From Bacteroidales bacterium (GTDB lineage: Bacteria > Bacteroidota > Bacteroidia > Bacteroidales > FEN-979), in the NCBI GenBank assembly GCA_038244085.1, contig JBBRTX010000006.1, positions 20,891 to 84,890 of the forward strand: a stretch of DNA of 64,000 nt, in the 5' to 3' direction. The notes beneath the pieces are model-generated. The model was not told the origin of the DNA and searched no databases. It worked only from the letters and a program-made list of their open reading frames with translations. This document shows positions 35,759-45,735 of the stretch, in pieces; position 1 is the first letter of the stretch, and each line of letters opens with the position of its first letter. The translations under genes were made by a program, and so were the position numbers.

Positions 35759-37268
35759 ATTTAGTTTCTGTATTTAGGATTATTGAAACCTGAAATCCGC
35801 CTTTTGAAAGGTTTTCTGCGAATACCTGTCCACCATGCAGTTCTATAATGGCACGGGTGATGGTTAGTCCGAGGCCAATGCCTCCGCTCTTGGATCCCGG
35901 CACACGGTAAAACTTCTCAAAGAGATGTGAAAGGTATGTTTCAGGGATTCCGGGTCCCTGATCTATGATGCAAATACCGACTTTCCCGGGGGAATCATAG
36001 AAAGCCTCAACCGTGATCGGCGAACCGGGAGGCGTATAAATCGCGGCATTGTGTAATACATTGATAACGGCCTGTTTCAATAGGTTGATGTCTGCCTGGA
36101 TCCATGGAAGGTTATCTTCCACCCTGATCCGGATATCATGATCCTTAAGGCCGGTATTTACCTCTTTTACCACGATCCCGATAAGGTCGGTGATGTCGCA
36201 AAACTGGAGATTCATCCTGAGTAATCCGGATTCGATCCGAGACATATCCAGGATATTTTCCACCAGGTGATTTAACCGGATTGAGGCTTCCTCCAGTTCT
36301 TTACCGATCTGCATCCGAACGGACTCGGAAGAAGCAGTGCGGGAATCATTCAGATTGGCCACGGCTGCAGCAATGATGGAAATCGGTGTGCGCAATTCAT
36401 GGGAGACGCTATTCAATATTGTCTGGAAGAGCTTTTCTGACTCAGCAGTGATTTCCTTTTCTTTCATAAGGTCAACACTTATTTCACGGTAAAGTGCCGA
36501 TGCAATCTGCACAATAAATGACTTCAGAAAGATCAGATAGTCTTTTCCTGGCGATTTGTCTTCCGGAAAAACAAAACCAATGATTCCAAGCGTTTTTCTG
36601 GGCTCAGTCAATGGAAAAAAATGAATGACTGGAACCTTCCCTGGGAAGGTGCTGTTTTTTGCAGAAACATCCTGAAAGAGTGACATGGCCAGCCTGAATG
36701 AAACATCATCATGCATTGAAGTATTTCCGAATGCTTTTGGCGATAGTCCATCACCCTTTTTCTCCCTTAGGTACAGGATCATCTCTGCATTAAAATTGCT
36801 CTTTATGGCTTCAGCTGCTTTATTGACGACTTCTTTGATGGAAGCCGCATGATTGAGTGATTCGAGAAAAGTATGGAGGAGGATCAGTCTTTCCTGGCTA
36901 TTCTGAAGCGTTACCTGGCTTTTTCTGATCCTGCTGATCAACGCACTCGCAGTGATGGCAACGATTAAATTGGTGCTAAGGGCGACCATGTCATGGACAC
37001 TATGAACGCGGAGCGTAAACAAGGGTTTGATGAAAAAAAAATTCCATACAACGGAATTCAGCAAGGCGGCAAAGATCAGAGCCCCTCTGCCCAGAAAGAG
37101 CGAAAGTAAAGAAATGGCCATCACGAAGATTAGACCTACGGTCTGGTATCCGATGGCATCACTGACGGGAAAGCATAATCCAGCAACAAATAACGTTGTA
37201 ATAAATACGATAATAAAATCCCGTCCAGGCGATTTTTTATGAAGAAAGAAAATTAATCGTTCAGCCAA
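35736..37268 (-). CDS. Sensor histidine kinase, KdpD C-terminal-half type (DUF4118 membrane domain, GAF-like, HisKA, HATPase); no N-terminal Kdp/Usp sensor domain
   Basis: Four N-terminal TM helices (GYQTVGLIFVMAISLLSLFLGRGALIFAALLNSVVWNFFFIKPLFT), an H-box (SHELRTPIS), and G-boxes (DQGPGIP, GGIGLGL). Only a TTG (37268) is available as a start upstream of the first TM helix. Confidence 0.7.
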   Translation of the reverse strand: MAERLIFFLHKKSPGRDFIIVFITTLFVAGLCFPVSDAIGYQTVGLIFVMAISLLSLFLGRGALIFAALLNSVVWNFFFIKPLFTLRVHSVHDMVALSTNLIVAITASALISRIRKSQVTLQNSQERLILLHTFLESLNHAASIKEVVNKAAEAIKSNFNAEMILYLREKKGDGLSPKAFGNTSMHDDVSFRLAMSLFQDVSAKNSTFPGKVPVIHFFPLTEPRKTLGIIGFVFPEDKSPGKDYLIFLKSFIVQIASALYREISVDLMKEKEITAESEKLFQTILNSVSHELRTPISIIAAAVANLNDSRTASSESVRMQIGKELEEASIRLNHLVENILDMSRIESGLLRMNLQFCDITDLIGIVVKEVNTGLKDHDIRIRVEDNLPWIQADINLLKQAVINVLHNAAIYTPPGSPITVEAFYDSPGKVGICIIDQGPGIPETYLSHLFEKFYRVPGSKSGGIGLGLTITRAIIELHGGQVFAENLSKGGFQVSIILNTETKYGQQQEI

Positions 37269-37287
37269 TAAGCGTACTTTTGATCCC

Positions 37288-37295
37288 CAAACTTA
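37288..37295 (-). promoter_or_regulatory. -7 promoter box (TAAGTTTG) for the kinase/regulator operon
   Basis: TAnnTTTG on the minus strand, 20 nt upstream of the TTG at 37268. Confidence 0.45.
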
Positions 37296-37381
37296 AGCAT
37301 AAAATGTTTTTCTGCAGATATCTTTATATATTCTTAATACTTCACCGAAGAATCTTTATAACCTCCTTATGATAACCGGGG

Positions 37382-37389
37382 TATTTTTG
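37382..37389 (+). promoter_or_regulatory. -7 promoter box (TATTTTTG) for kup
   Basis: TAnnTTTG, 24 nt upstream of the ATG at 37413. Confidence 0.5.
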
Positions 37390-37412
37390 CCTTCCGAATT
37401 CGCCCCATTGCT

Positions 37413-39356
37413 ATGCAAAAGTCCGAGAGCCATATAAGCAAGGTGTCCGTTGCCGGCTTGTTGGTGACCATCGGGATTGTCTTTGGTGATATCGGAACAT
37501 CACCACTCTATGTGGTTAAAGCCATCATTGCAGGCGGAGATAATGTGAATGCGGCATTCGTCTATGGCGGAGTATCCTGTATTTTCTGGACATTGACTCT
37601 TCAGACGACCCTGAAATATGTGATCATCACGCTGCGTGCCGACAACAGGGGAGAAGGAGGGATTTTTAGCCTGTTTGCACTGATCCGCAGACGGGCCAAA
37701 TGGGCATATATGTTTGCGATTCTGGGTGGAGCAGCCTTACTGGCTGATGGGGTTATCACTCCTTCCCTGACGATTCTCTCTTCTATTGAAGGGCTTCAGA
37801 TATTAAACCCCCGAGTCCCGGTAGTGCCAATCGTACTGGGAATCCTTACCCTTTTATTTTTCATGCAGCGTTTCGGGACGAAAGCCATTGGTAGATTTTT
37901 CGGGCCTGTGATGGTGGTTTGGTTTGTCATGCTCGGCGCCCTCGGTCTGCTGCAAGTACTTGCACATCCAGGAATTATCAAAGCAGTAAATCCTGCCTAC
38001 GGTTATCATTTCCTCGTAGATTTCCCTGAAGGATTCCTTCTGCTGGGAGCCGTATTTCTCTGCACCACGGGTGCAGAAGCGATGTATTCAGACCTGGGTC
38101 ATTGCGGTTTGAAAAATATAAGGATCACCTGGATGTTTGTAAAAATCAGCCTTCTTCTTAACTATTTCGGTCAGGGTGCCTGGGTGATCAATAATTTGGA
38201 AAGTGTAAGCCAGGTTGTAAATCCGTTTTATGGTGTCATGCCCGCCTGGTTTCTTTTACCGGGAATTATGATCGCCACGGTTGCTGCCATTATCGCCAGC
38301 CAGGCGCTCATCAGCGGTTCCTTCACCCTGATCAGTGAAGCCATTTCGCTCAACTTCTGGCCGAAGATCAAGATCAAGTATCCGACGAAGATCAAAGGTC
38401 AGATGTATATCGGTGCCATTAATTGGGGACTCTGGTTCTGCTGCGTTCTGGTGGTTCTGATCTTTCGGGAATCATCGAATATGGAAGCAGCCTATGGTCT
38501 GTCGATTACCATCACGATGCTGATGACTACTGCCTTACTGACGATCTACCTCTATTACAGGAAGGTTCCCGCTTACCTGATTGGCCTGTTACTGCTGGTT
38601 TACCTCTCCATCGAAGGCTCTTTCCTCGTTGCCAACCTGCATAAATTCATTTATGGCGGTTGGTTCACCATCCTCCTGGGAGGTATCATCGCAATGACCA
38701 TGTATGTATGGTATCACGGCAGAAAGATCAAAAACAGTTTCATTGAATTCGTGAAGATTGAGAACTACTTTGAGGTGATCAAAGCGATCCACAGCGATAA
38801 AACCATTCCAAAATTCTCGACCAACGCGGTTTTCATCACCAAGGCCAACAAAACTTCCGATATCGAAGCAAAGATCCTTTTTTCGATCATCAATAAGCAG
38901 CCCAAACGGGCAGATGTCTACTGGCTGCTGCATATCGATATCAATGATGATCCCCATATGCTTGAATACCGGGTGACCCAGATGATACCCGGTATTCTTA
39001 TCAAGATAGATTTCCGGATCGGGTTCAAGGTACAACCCAGGGTAAACCTTTTTTTCAGGCATGTTCTGGAAGAGATGAGCGGAAATAAAGAGATTGATCT
39101 GGTCAGCCGATATAAGTCTTTACGCGAACATGGGATATCAGCCGATTTTCGTTTCGTTCTGATCGACCGTGTTCAGAATTATGATTTCGATTTTCCTACC
39201 CGCGACCAGATGATCATGAATCTTTATACAATATTGAAGCAGATCGGAATCAGCGAAGTCAAAGCCTTCGGATTGGATACCAGTAATGTTACTGAGGAAA
39301 CGGTCCCTTTATATATGGATCGCAACGTTCCGCTGCTGACGCCCTCGAGGACTTAG
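37413..39356 (+). CDS. kup: KUP/HAK/KT-family potassium uptake protein
   Basis: GDIGTSPLYV, GEGGIFSL and a 12-TM core, plus a cytoplasmic C-terminal domain; 647 aa. Confidence 0.9.
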   Translation: MQKSESHISKVSVAGLLVTIGIVFGDIGTSPLYVVKAIIAGGDNVNAAFVYGGVSCIFWTLTLQTTLKYVIITLRADNRGEGGIFSLFALIRRRAKWAYMFAILGGAALLADGVITPSLTILSSIEGLQILNPRVPVVPIVLGILTLLFFMQRFGTKAIGRFFGPVMVVWFVMLGALGLLQVLAHPGIIKAVNPAYGYHFLVDFPEGFLLLGAVFLCTTGAEAMYSDLGHCGLKNIRITWMFVKISLLLNYFGQGAWVINNLESVSQVVNPFYGVMPAWFLLPGIMIATVAAIIASQALISGSFTLISEAISLNFWPKIKIKYPTKIKGQMYIGAINWGLWFCCVLVVLIFRESSNMEAAYGLSITITMLMTTALLTIYLYYRKVPAYLIGLLLLVYLSIEGSFLVANLHKFIYGGWFTILLGGIIAMTMYVWYHGRKIKNSFIEFVKIENYFEVIKAIHSDKTIPKFSTNAVFITKANKTSDIEAKILFSIINKQPKRADVYWLLHIDINDDPHMLEYRVTQMIPGILIKIDFRIGFKVQPRVNLFFRHVLEEMSGNKEIDLVSRYKSLREHGISADFRFVLIDRVQNYDFDFPTRDQMIMNLYTILKQIGISEVKAFGLDTSNVTEETVPLYMDRNVPLLTPSRT

Positions 39357-39401
39357 GGGATCATTCTGGCAAAAACCTCTCAGGAATTCAAAAAAAAGTG
39401 A

Positions 39402-39409
39402 TACCTTTG
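39402..39409 (+). promoter_or_regulatory. -7 promoter box (TACCTTTG) for thrS-infC-rpmI-rplT
   Basis: TAnnTTTG, 24 nt upstream of the thrS ATG. Confidence 0.55.
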
Positions 39410-39432
39410 CACCCTTATTTTTTTGAGCCGAA

Positions 39433-41379
39433 ATGATAAATATTACTCTACCCGATAACTCTGTCCGCCAGTATCCTGAAGGGATTACCGGAATGGATAT
39501 CGCGAAAAGCATCAGCGAAGGTCTTGCACGAAACGTGCTGGCTGTAAAAGTGAATGAGGAAGTTTGGGACGCTACCCGTCCTATCCCAATGGATTCAAGG
39601 GTGACCTTGTTCACCTGGGACAGCGAAGAAGGGAAGCATGCCATGTGGCACTCTTCTGCCCATCTGATGGCCGAAGCCATTGAACAACTCTATCCTGGAG
39701 CCAAGTTTGGAATCGGTCCTGCTATTGAAAATGGGTTTTATTATGATATCGATTTCGGAGAACGGTCCGTCTCATCTGAGGATTTCCCGAAAATAGAAGC
39801 AAAAATGCTGGAACTGGCAAGAGCAAAACAGACTTTCATCCGCAAGGAAGTGCACAAAGCCGAAGCCATAGAATATTTCTCAAAAAAGGGGGATGAATAC
39901 AAAGTTGAATTGCTGAACGACCTGGAAGACGGTACCATCACTTTTTATGAAACCGGAACGTTCACTGATCTCTGCCGCGGACCGCATCTGCCGGATACTT
40001 CACCGATTAAGGCTGTTAAGGTACTTGCCATTGCAGGCGCTTACTGGAGAGGCGATGAGACCCGTAAACAACTTACCCGGGTTTATGGAATAACTTTCCC
40101 GAAACAAAAAGAACTTACAGAATACATGGAACTGCTGGAGGAGGCGAAAAAGCGCGACCACCGGAAACTTGGCAAGGAACTGGAACTTTTTACTTTTTCA
40201 GCAAAGGTGGGACTTGGTTTACCCCTTTGGCTACCGAAAGGTGCAATGCTTCGTGAACGTCTGGAGATGTTCCTGAAAAAAGTTCAGAAAAAAGCAGGGT
40301 ATCAGCCTGTGATTTGCCCGCATATCGGAAATGTCGAGTTGTATAAGACCTCCGGACATTACCAGAAATATGGCGAAAGCTCATTCCGCCCCATTACCAC
40401 ACCCGTTCCCGGTGAGGAATTTTTCCTCAAACCAATGAACTGTCCGCATCACTGCGAAATCTATAAATACAAACCCCGTTCTTACAAAGATCTTCCTATC
40501 CGGCTTGCTGAATTCGGTACGGTTTACCGTTACGAACAAAGTGGTGAGCTGCACGGGCTCACCCGTGTACGCGGATTTACCCAGGATGATGCCCATATAT
40601 TCTGTACTCCCGAACAGGTGAAAGATGAATTCAAAGGTGTCATTGATATCGTGATGTTGATCTTCAAGGCATTGGATTTTAAAGATTTTGTCACTCAGAT
40701 ATCCTTACGTGATCAAACGAAGAAGGAAAAATATATCGGCAGCGACGAAAATTGGGATAAGGCTGAAAAAGCCATTATTGAAGTCGCCCAGGAGCGTGGA
40801 TTGAATTACGTGATCGTTCCAGGTGAAGCTGCTTTCTATGGTCCGAAGATGGACTTTATGGTAAAAGATGCCATTGGCAGAAAATGGCAATTGGGAACCA
40901 TCCAGGTTGATTATAACCTCCCGGACAGATTTGAACTCGAATACATCGGTAACGATAATCAGAAACACCGTCCGGTGATGATTCACCGGGCACCTTTCGG
41001 TTCGATGGAGCGTTTTGTCGCAGTGCTGATCGAACATACTGCCGGGAAATTCCCTTTATGGCTTACTCCCGAGCAGGTTATCATCCTGCCAATCAGTGAA
41101 AAATATCAGAAATACGCCGAAAAAGTTTCAAGTCTCCTAAATAATTCCGATATTCGCGCCCAAATTGACGACCGGAATGAAAAAACCGGTAAGAAGATCC
41201 GCGATGCAGAAATGAAGAAAATCCCCTTCATGTTAATTGTCGGGGAGAAAGAAGAGTTGGAAGAATCAGTTTCTGTGAGAAAACATGGAGAAGGCGACCT
41301 CGGTGGTCAGACACTGGCGGCGTTCGTTAACTTTATTCAGGAAGAAGTAAATCGGGAGCTGGGTGATCTCAGTGCCTAA
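39433..41379 (+). CDS. thrS: Threonine--tRNA ligase
   Basis: TGS domain N-terminus, [11 protein letters not shown], class II motifs (FRPITTPV...[19 protein letters not shown]) and a C-terminal anticodon-binding domain. Confidence 0.93.
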   Translation: MINITLPDNSVRQYPEGITGMDIAKSISEGLARNVLAVKVNEEVWDATRPIPMDSRVTLFTWDSEEGKHAMWHSSAHLMAEAIEQLYPGAKFGIGPAIENGFYYDIDFGERSVSSEDFPKIEAKMLELARAKQTFIRKEVHKAEAIEYFSKKGDEYKVELLNDLEDGTITFYETGTFTDLCRGPHLPDTSPIKAVKVLAIAGAYWRGDETRKQLTRVYGITFPKQKELTEYMELLEEAKKRDHRKLGKELELFTFSAKVGLGLPLWLPKGAMLRERLEMFLKKVQKKAGYQPVICPHIGNVELYKTSGHYQKYGESSFRPITTPVPGEEFFLKPMNCPHHCEIYKYKPRSYKDLPIRLAEFGTVYRYEQSGELHGLTRVRGFTQDDAHIFCTPEQVKDEFKGVIDIVMLIFKALDFKDFVTQISLRDQTKKEKYIGSDENWDKAEKAIIEVAQERGLNYVIVPGEAAFYGPKMDFMVKDAIGRKWQLGTIQVDYNLPDRFELEYIGNDNQKHRPVMIHRAPFGSMERFVAVLIEHTAGKFPLWLTPEQVIILPISEKYQKYAEKVSSLLNNSDIRAQIDDRNEKTGKKIRDAEMKKIPFMLIVGEKEELEESVSVRKHGEGDLGGQTLAAFVNFIQEEVNRELGDLSA

Positions 41380-41416
41380 GCTTACAAAATATAAACTAAT
41401 ATAGGAGGAAAGCCTT

Positions 41417-41989
41417 ATAGCTATTCAGAAGCATACGTTTTACCGGGGACCCGCTGGCGGTCGCAGACCTTTTCAGAAAAAAGAAGATCCCCATAAAATC
41501 AATCAGCACATCAAAGCCCCGGTCGTTCGCGTCGTGGGCGATAACGTCGCTACGCCCGGCATCTACAATATCCGGGAAGCACTGACGATCTCGGAGAACT
41601 TAGGACTGGATCTGGTAGAAATATCTCCAACCGCCAATCCGCCTGTTTGCAGAGTGGTTGATTATAAGAAATTCCTTTACGAGCTCAAGAAAAAACAAAA
41701 GGAAATGAAGGCCAAAACGGCCAAAATTGTTGTGAAAGAGATCCGGCTCGGACCCAATACCGATGATCATGATTTCAATTTTAAACTGAATCATGCCATC
41801 AAATTCTTAAAAGAAGGTGCCAAGGTGAAGGTGGATGTATTTTTTAAAGGCAGATCCATCATCTATAAAGAACAGGGAGAGATCATTTTACTGAAATTTG
41901 CACAGTCGATTACCGATTATGGGAAAATAGAGCAAATGCCGCGACTGGAAGGTAAAAGAATGATCATGATCGTTACCCCGAAAAAATAA
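41417..41989 (+). CDS. infC: Translation initiation factor IF-3 with a non-canonical start (AUA 41417 or AUU 41423)
   Basis: The conserved IF-3 N-domain ([19 protein letters not shown]...[26 protein letters not shown]) begins upstream of the ORF-track GTG at 41534. The frame opens after the TAG at 41402-41404 and has no ATG/GTG/TTG before 41534. AGGAGG at 41403-41408 precedes ATA by 8 nt. Confidence 0.75.
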   Translation: MAIQKHTFYRGPAGGRRPFQKKEDPHKINQHIKAPVVRVVGDNVATPGIYNIREALTISENLGLDLVEISPTANPPVCRVVDYKKFLYELKKKQKEMKAKTAKIVVKEIRLGPNTDDHDFNFKLNHAIKFLKEGAKVKVDVFFKGRSIIYKEQGEIILLKFAQSITDYGKIEQMPRLEGKRMIMIVTPKK

Positions 41990-42024
41990 ATGAATATTTA
42001 ATCACCCTTATAAAAACCAGTAAA

Positions 42025-42216
42025 ATGCCAAAAATGAAGTCAAAATCCGGAGCCAAAAAAAGGTTTGATATTACCGGCACCGGAAAGGTAAAAAGGAAGC
42101 ACGCTTTCAAAAGCCACATCCTGACAAAAAAATCAACCAAACGCAAACGTAATCTTACGTACAGCACGCTGGTTGACAAGTCGGATGCAGCCAATGTTAA
42201 AGAAATGCTCCAGTAA
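42025..42216 (+). CDS. rpmI: 50S ribosomal protein L35
   Basis: [14 protein letters not shown]...[17 protein letters not shown]. Confidence 0.92.
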   Translation: MPKMKSKSGAKKRFDITGTGKVKRKHAFKSHILTKKSTKRKRNLTYSTLVDKSDAANVKEMLQ

Positions 42217-42289
42217 TCAATCATTGTTTCACTTGTTTTTAGCTTTCAAAGGACCCGTTAAGGGACGCTAGAACAAAAAAAAGAAAAAC

Positions 42290-42637
42290 ATGCCAAGATC
42301 AGTTAATGCCGTTGCTTCACGGCAAAGAAGAAAAAAGATTCTTAAACAGACCAAAGGTCAGTTTGGAAGAAGGAAAAATGTCTTAACCGTTGCCAAGAAC
42401 TCCCTCGAGAAAGGGTTAACCTATGCTTATCGCGACAGGAGAGTCAAAAAGAGAACCTTCAGGGGACTCTGGATTTCCAGAATCAACGCAGGTGTTCGTG
42501 AATATGGAATGTCTTATTCCGTATTCATGGGTAAAATTGCCGAAAAAAATATTGCCATCAACCGTAAAACCCTGGCCGACCTGGCCATGAATCATCCAGA
42601 GGCTTTCAAAGCGATCGTGGAAATGGTTAATGCTTAG
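42290..42637 (+). CDS. rplT: 50S ribosomal protein L20
   Basis: [23 protein letters not shown]...[21 protein letters not shown]. Confidence 0.93.
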   Translation: MPRSVNAVASRQRRKKILKQTKGQFGRRKNVLTVAKNSLEKGLTYAYRDRRVKKRTFRGLWISRINAGVREYGMSYSVFMGKIAEKNIAINRKTLADLAMNHPEAFKAIVEMVNA

Positions 42638-42654
42638 ATACAATCATCTGAATA

Positions 42655-42691
42655 TAAAAAAAGCTGTCAGGAACCTGGCAGCTTTTTTTTA
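42655..42691. terminator. Bidirectional intrinsic terminator after rplT
   Basis: AGCTGTCA / TGGCAGCT stem (one G-U pair) with a 6-nt loop, A7 upstream and T8 downstream. Confidence 0.75.
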
Positions 42692-42710
42692 TTCAGTCCT
42701 CGAATTCGTT

Positions 42711-44147
42711 TTATTTTTTGTAATTCCTGATGAAAAGGGAGATTTGTTCTGCTCCGAGTTGTTTCGCGAGAATCACTTTGTTTTCATTCAGGATGAAAAT
42801 GACCGGTGTGGTCTGGACATCATACTGGTCATGGTAATTGCCGGTAAGCGAACGGGGACCGTTGACGTTGATCCAGTTCATTCCGCGCTTATGAAGGGAC
42901 GTTTTCATCTTCACGAGCGAAGTATCTGAGCAAATGGTCATGATTTTAATATCGTATAAAGCCTGATTTTCATCATAAAATTTTTTGATTTTCGGGATTT
43001 CCTGCTCACAATGTCCGCAATCCGGGTCCCAGAAGAGCAGGATCAGGAACTTCGCCTTGATATCATACATGGAAACCAGTTGATTCGTGGTATCCATCAT
43101 GATCATGTTCGGTGCTTTGGATCCGATTAACAAAGGCCTGATTTTATTGGCTTTTTTGATGAGGTTGTCCCTGACGGTGGCATTCACCCATGGGGTCTGG
43201 TTTGTTACATAGTACTGATCAACCACATGAACAAACACCTTGTCCATTCCCATAATCTCTGAATTTTCATAATGCCATGTGGTAAACCATACCAGGTATT
43301 TATACATTTCCGCATTGGGTCTGGCTATTCCGATCAGCCGATCCGATTCGCTGATGATGGAATCCGGCGTCTGAAGAAGTACCTTGTCAAAATATTTTAC
43401 CAGTTTACTATGGAAAACAGGGGTTCTGAGCAGACGGTCATCGGTAAAGTCAGTTCCATCCCAGAAATGGTTCCTGAAATAACGATAAGCGAAAGTTGAA
43501 TCTTTCCGGCCGTTAGCCAATACCGGGATTTCCGGTACTTCCGGCTCTTTCATCGCCCGGATGAAAAATGCCACAAATGAATCCGGGTGCTTTTCAACGA
43601 GATCCAGCTTATATTTAACGGTCTGTTCATTGATTGTATTGATCTTCTGGTCAATGATCTTCAGTGAATCAGTGCTTTTAACCTTTTTCTGCTGATTCTG
43701 TAACTCTTTACTTTCATTGAAAAGATCCCGGTTGAAATGCAGGTAATCATAAAACAGGGAATTCTCCGGTGATCCGGTAATAACCATCTTTCCGGCCGGA
43801 TCGATCTTTTCCGTTACCATGGAAAACTTTTTATCCTGGTTCACAATGAATTCAAAATAGTTTTTATCCGTAATGACAACCAGGTATATCCCACGGGGAA
43901 GGTCTTCGGAGGCCTTAAAAGTAAATTTCCCGGAATGATCCACTTTCAGGGTGTCTTTAATATAGGTTCCGTTCCCGTAATAATTGGCGATAAGGCAGGT
44001 CGTGTCTTTTATCCCTTTCACCTGGAAACGGATCTGGTATCCTTCAGCATATACCTGTGGAAGGATACCGCCGAGGAATAAGGCAATGAGAAAAAGGAAG
44101 CGAAGTCTGGAGTAGATCGAATATTTACTGCGATTATTGATGCTCAT
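42711..44147 (-). CDS. Thioredoxin-fold (TlpA/redoxin-like) protein with a large N-terminal domain
   Basis: Signal peptide and a C-terminal LILLFWDPDCGHCEQEIPKI CxxC redoxin motif. Confidence 0.7.
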   Translation of the reverse strand: MSINNRSKYSIYSRLRFLFLIALFLGGILPQVYAEGYQIRFQVKGIKDTTCLIANYYGNGTYIKDTLKVDHSGKFTFKASEDLPRGIYLVVITDKNYFEFIVNQDKKFSMVTEKIDPAGKMVITGSPENSLFYDYLHFNRDLFNESKELQNQQKKVKSTDSLKIIDQKINTINEQTVKYKLDLVEKHPDSFVAFFIRAMKEPEVPEIPVLANGRKDSTFAYRYFRNHFWDGTDFTDDRLLRTPVFHSKLVKYFDKVLLQTPDSIISESDRLIGIARPNAEMYKYLVWFTTWHYENSEIMGMDKVFVHVVDQYYVTNQTPWVNATVRDNLIKKANKIRPLLIGSKAPNMIMMDTTNQLVSMYDIKAKFLILLFWDPDCGHCEQEIPKIKKFYDENQALYDIKIMTICSDTSLVKMKTSLHKRGMNWINVNGPRSLTGNYHDQYDVQTTPVIFILNENKVILAKQLGAEQISLFIRNYKK

Positions 44148-45681
44148 CTCGTAACAAGTCGTTTATGGTTTTAACGGGATTAAAAGTGATGATAGGGATT
44201 TCAACAAAAATCGTAATCCACCCGGCCATTGATCCATTCCACAAACCAGGAAGTTCCTGCGCCTTGATCTCCCTTCCTCCGAAAGACTTCACTGAAATGA
44301 GCCCTGTTGAATCATCCACAAAATCAGCCAGGATAAACTTTTGCCCATGGTAATTTTTTATACAACAAACGAGATCTACAGGATTAAAATGTGTTGAGGA
44401 GGCTAAAATTTTCCGCTGGATCTCGTTATTCATGTCAATTTGCGCTGATTCAACGATTTGCAGGCTAATTTTCCCTGCCTCATCTTTCACCCAGAAAGGT
44501 CCGCCACCGGGTTCACCTTCATTTTTTACCATGCCGCAAATGCGAATCGGGCGATTAAAACGGGTTTTGAGTTCTTCCAGTATGATTTCCCGTTCTTTTT
44601 TAATCAGATCCGGAGAAAATGAAAGCAACATATTCTCTTCGGCAAATTTCACAGCTGCAAGAATTTCTTCCTCCGACAAGGAACCATTTTCGGCTTTTTT
44701 CAGAAAACTAAAGATAAATGCCCGGATCCAAAGCAGGTATCCTCCGATGAGTTTCTTGGAAGTGTAGGTCTCATTTTTCAACCGATCCGGTACAATGTTA
44801 TCAATGTTTTTGATAAAGATGATATCTGCATCAGGGATCATGAGATTCTGAAGGAGTGCACCATGTCCGGCCGGACGGAACAGGAGAGAACCGTCCGGAT
44901 TTCTTACCGGGTTATTCTCCATGTCAACGGCGATGGTATCTTTTGATGACTGCTGAAAAGAATGAGTGATTTCAAAAACCGTATTTAATGCCGATGAATA
45001 TTTTTCGGTAGCCATCTTCATTTTTTCATCAAATTTCCGGATATGCCCCGGCGATACGGTAAAATGAATGCGGGCTGTGCGGCAACCATCACTCGCATAA
45101 TGGGCTGCTTCTATCAGATGCTCTTCTGCTGCAACACGAGCGCCATCAGGGTAGGAGTGGAACTTGATCAGTGCCTTGGGAAGTTCGGCATACCCCAACT
45201 TCTCACCGATAAGCAACGCACGAATCAGTTTTTTATATTCTCCGCTATCTATCAGCCCTTGAACGGATGTGCCTGTTTCTTTCAGCACATGATCAAGATC
45301 ATTATAAAAGGCAAAATTCCGGATTCGTTTGATAAACCGGTAAACAGAATCAGAACCCTGATCTTTCTCAATGATTTCCATGGATACTTCATCATCACCC
45401 TCTTTATCCAGGAACTCAAACAGTTTTTTGAACATGCGGCTGGCAGCTCCGGAGGCAGGAACAAATTTCTGAATCTTATAATGCCTGAAGTGTTGGTCAT
45501 AATATGTCAAAAAGAAATTTCTCTTTTCCCCTTCGAATTTCATGATGCCATCGCCTACACCAGCATGCCTTTCCAACCTGATGTGCGGAAAGCCTTTCCT
45601 GAAATTTTCCAGCTGTTTTCTGATCGTTTCCGGCTCAATGTCTTTGGCTTCAATCTGCAAATGATCCAAATTGCTCAGCAT
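44134..45681 (-). CDS. DUF4301-like protein (nucleotidyltransferase-like, function unknown)
   Basis: KFVPASGAASRMFK resembles the glycine-rich loop of UDP-sugar pyrophosphorylase-type folds. The start is placed at MLSNLDHLQ, because the longer ORF-track version would overlap the divergent S8 peptidase gene. Confidence 0.4.
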   Translation of the reverse strand: MLSNLDHLQIEAKDIEPETIRKQLENFRKGFPHIRLERHAGVGDGIMKFEGEKRNFFLTYYDQHFRHYKIQKFVPASGAASRMFKKLFEFLDKEGDDEVSMEIIEKDQGSDSVYRFIKRIRNFAFYNDLDHVLKETGTSVQGLIDSGEYKKLIRALLIGEKLGYAELPKALIKFHSYPDGARVAAEEHLIEAAHYASDGCRTARIHFTVSPGHIRKFDEKMKMATEKYSSALNTVFEITHSFQQSSKDTIAVDMENNPVRNPDGSLLFRPAGHGALLQNLMIPDADIIFIKNIDNIVPDRLKNETYTSKKLIGGYLLWIRAFIFSFLKKAENGSLSEEEILAAVKFAEENMLLSFSPDLIKKEREIILEELKTRFNRPIRICGMVKNEGEPGGGPFWVKDEAGKISLQIVESAQIDMNNEIQRKILASSTHFNPVDLVCCIKNYHGQKFILADFVDDSTGLISVKSFGGREIKAQELPGLWNGSMAGWITIFVEIPIITFNPVKTINDLLRDEHQ

Positions 45682-45735
45682 GTGGGGATAGATTTGTTGT
45701 AACTTTATTGCGAATTTACTTGAATCTGAGCTATT

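Noticed and set aside
37269-37412. A c-di-AMP (ydaO/kimA-type) riboswitch upstream of kup.
   Set aside because: The leader after the -7 box is only about 20 nt, and no conserved ACGGGGA / CCCA pseudo-symmetric elements are present.
41534-41989. The ORF-track infC model starting at the GTG at 41534.
   Set aside because: It would delete the conserved N-terminal strand ([13 protein letters not shown]) of the IF-3 N-domain. It is replaced by the non-canonical upstream start.
45043-45702. Long antisense ORFs inside real genes. Examples are 45043..45702 (+, 219 aa), 27262..27891 (-, 209 aa), 58267..58839 (+, 190 aa), 62312..62848 (+, 178 aa), 56540..57013 (+) and 38589..39062 (-).
   Set aside because: Each is fully embedded antisense to a gene with strong family motifs (the DUF4301-like gene, argS, mutL, the paaK-like gene, a rhomboid gene and kup). 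Their translations are low-complexity and carry no motifs. Shadow ORFs of this kind are typical.
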